Shown here piece after piece: positions 63,924 to 64,000 of a stretch of 64,000 nt of DNA. The notes beneath the pieces were generated by a model. It saw nothing but the letters and a program-made list of their open reading frames with translations. It was not told the origin of the DNA and made no database searches. The translations under genes were made by a program, and so were the position numbers. How positions within the stretch are numbered: the first letter of the stretch is position 1; each line of letters starts with the position of its first letter. This DNA is from a virus (Duplodnaviria; Caudoviricetes), in IMG/VR virus record IMGVR_UViG_3300004255_000002, positions 1-64,000 of that record; one strand, written 5' to 3'.

Positions 63924-64000
63924 GTGTGAACCCAGTACTAAACAGGCTGAACAAAGTCGATAACGGCAGGGCAGGACGTAATGCAGAGAAGCGCATGGCG
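63920..64000 (+). CDS. 5' fragment of gene running off window
   Basis: ATGA overlap with recA; open to window end. Confidence 0.55.
   Translation, partial: MSVNPVLNRLNKVDNGRAGRNAEKRMA

Noticed and set aside
1-64000. tRNA genes, integrase/repressor, introns/inteins, stop-codon recoding
   Set aside because: No cloverleaf was seen in the short gaps, no recombinase motif was found, core genes are uninterrupted, and the standard code already gives dense tiling. Lifestyle cannot be decided from this window.

Overview
This window is about 64 kb of a dsDNA tailed phage (long non-contractile tail, siphovirus-like). All credible genes lie on the + strand. Layout: (1) 1-19.9 kb early/accessory genes, including dCMP deaminase, two papain/transglutaminase-like paralogs, SWIM finger, ATP-dependent ligase, DNA MTase, dimeric dUTPase, ThyA, dNMP kinase, a PPDK-derived phosphotransferase lacking its PEP domain, a CsrA-like protein and two CX5R phosphatases; (2) family A DNA polymerase; (3) 22.8-48.4 kb virion genes: PBSX-type portal, MuF-ADP-ribosyltransferase fusion, XkdF protease, scaffold, major capsid, neck, tail tube, frameshifted chaperone, tape measure, tail tip and fibres; (4) lysis cassette; (5) replication/recombination genes: AAA ATPase, initiator-like protein, degenerate loader, DnaB, primase, SSB, SF2 helicase, RecA. 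No terminase, integrase, tRNA or CRISPR array was seen. Three non-coding signal families stand out. First, 11 near-identical sigma70-type promoters with a 16-bp spacer. Second, 8 of their first genes have the Shine-Dalgarno inside a covarying C-ANGGAG-G hairpin, the canonical CsrA/RsmA target structure, and the phage encodes its own CsrA-like protein, suggesting a translational control circuit. Third, 18 copies of a 14-bp quasi-palindrome TGCARYYAATTGCA are spread through genes and intergenic gaps. GATC, CCWGG and GCWGC appear purged. Everything was read by eye; no database searches or counts were run.
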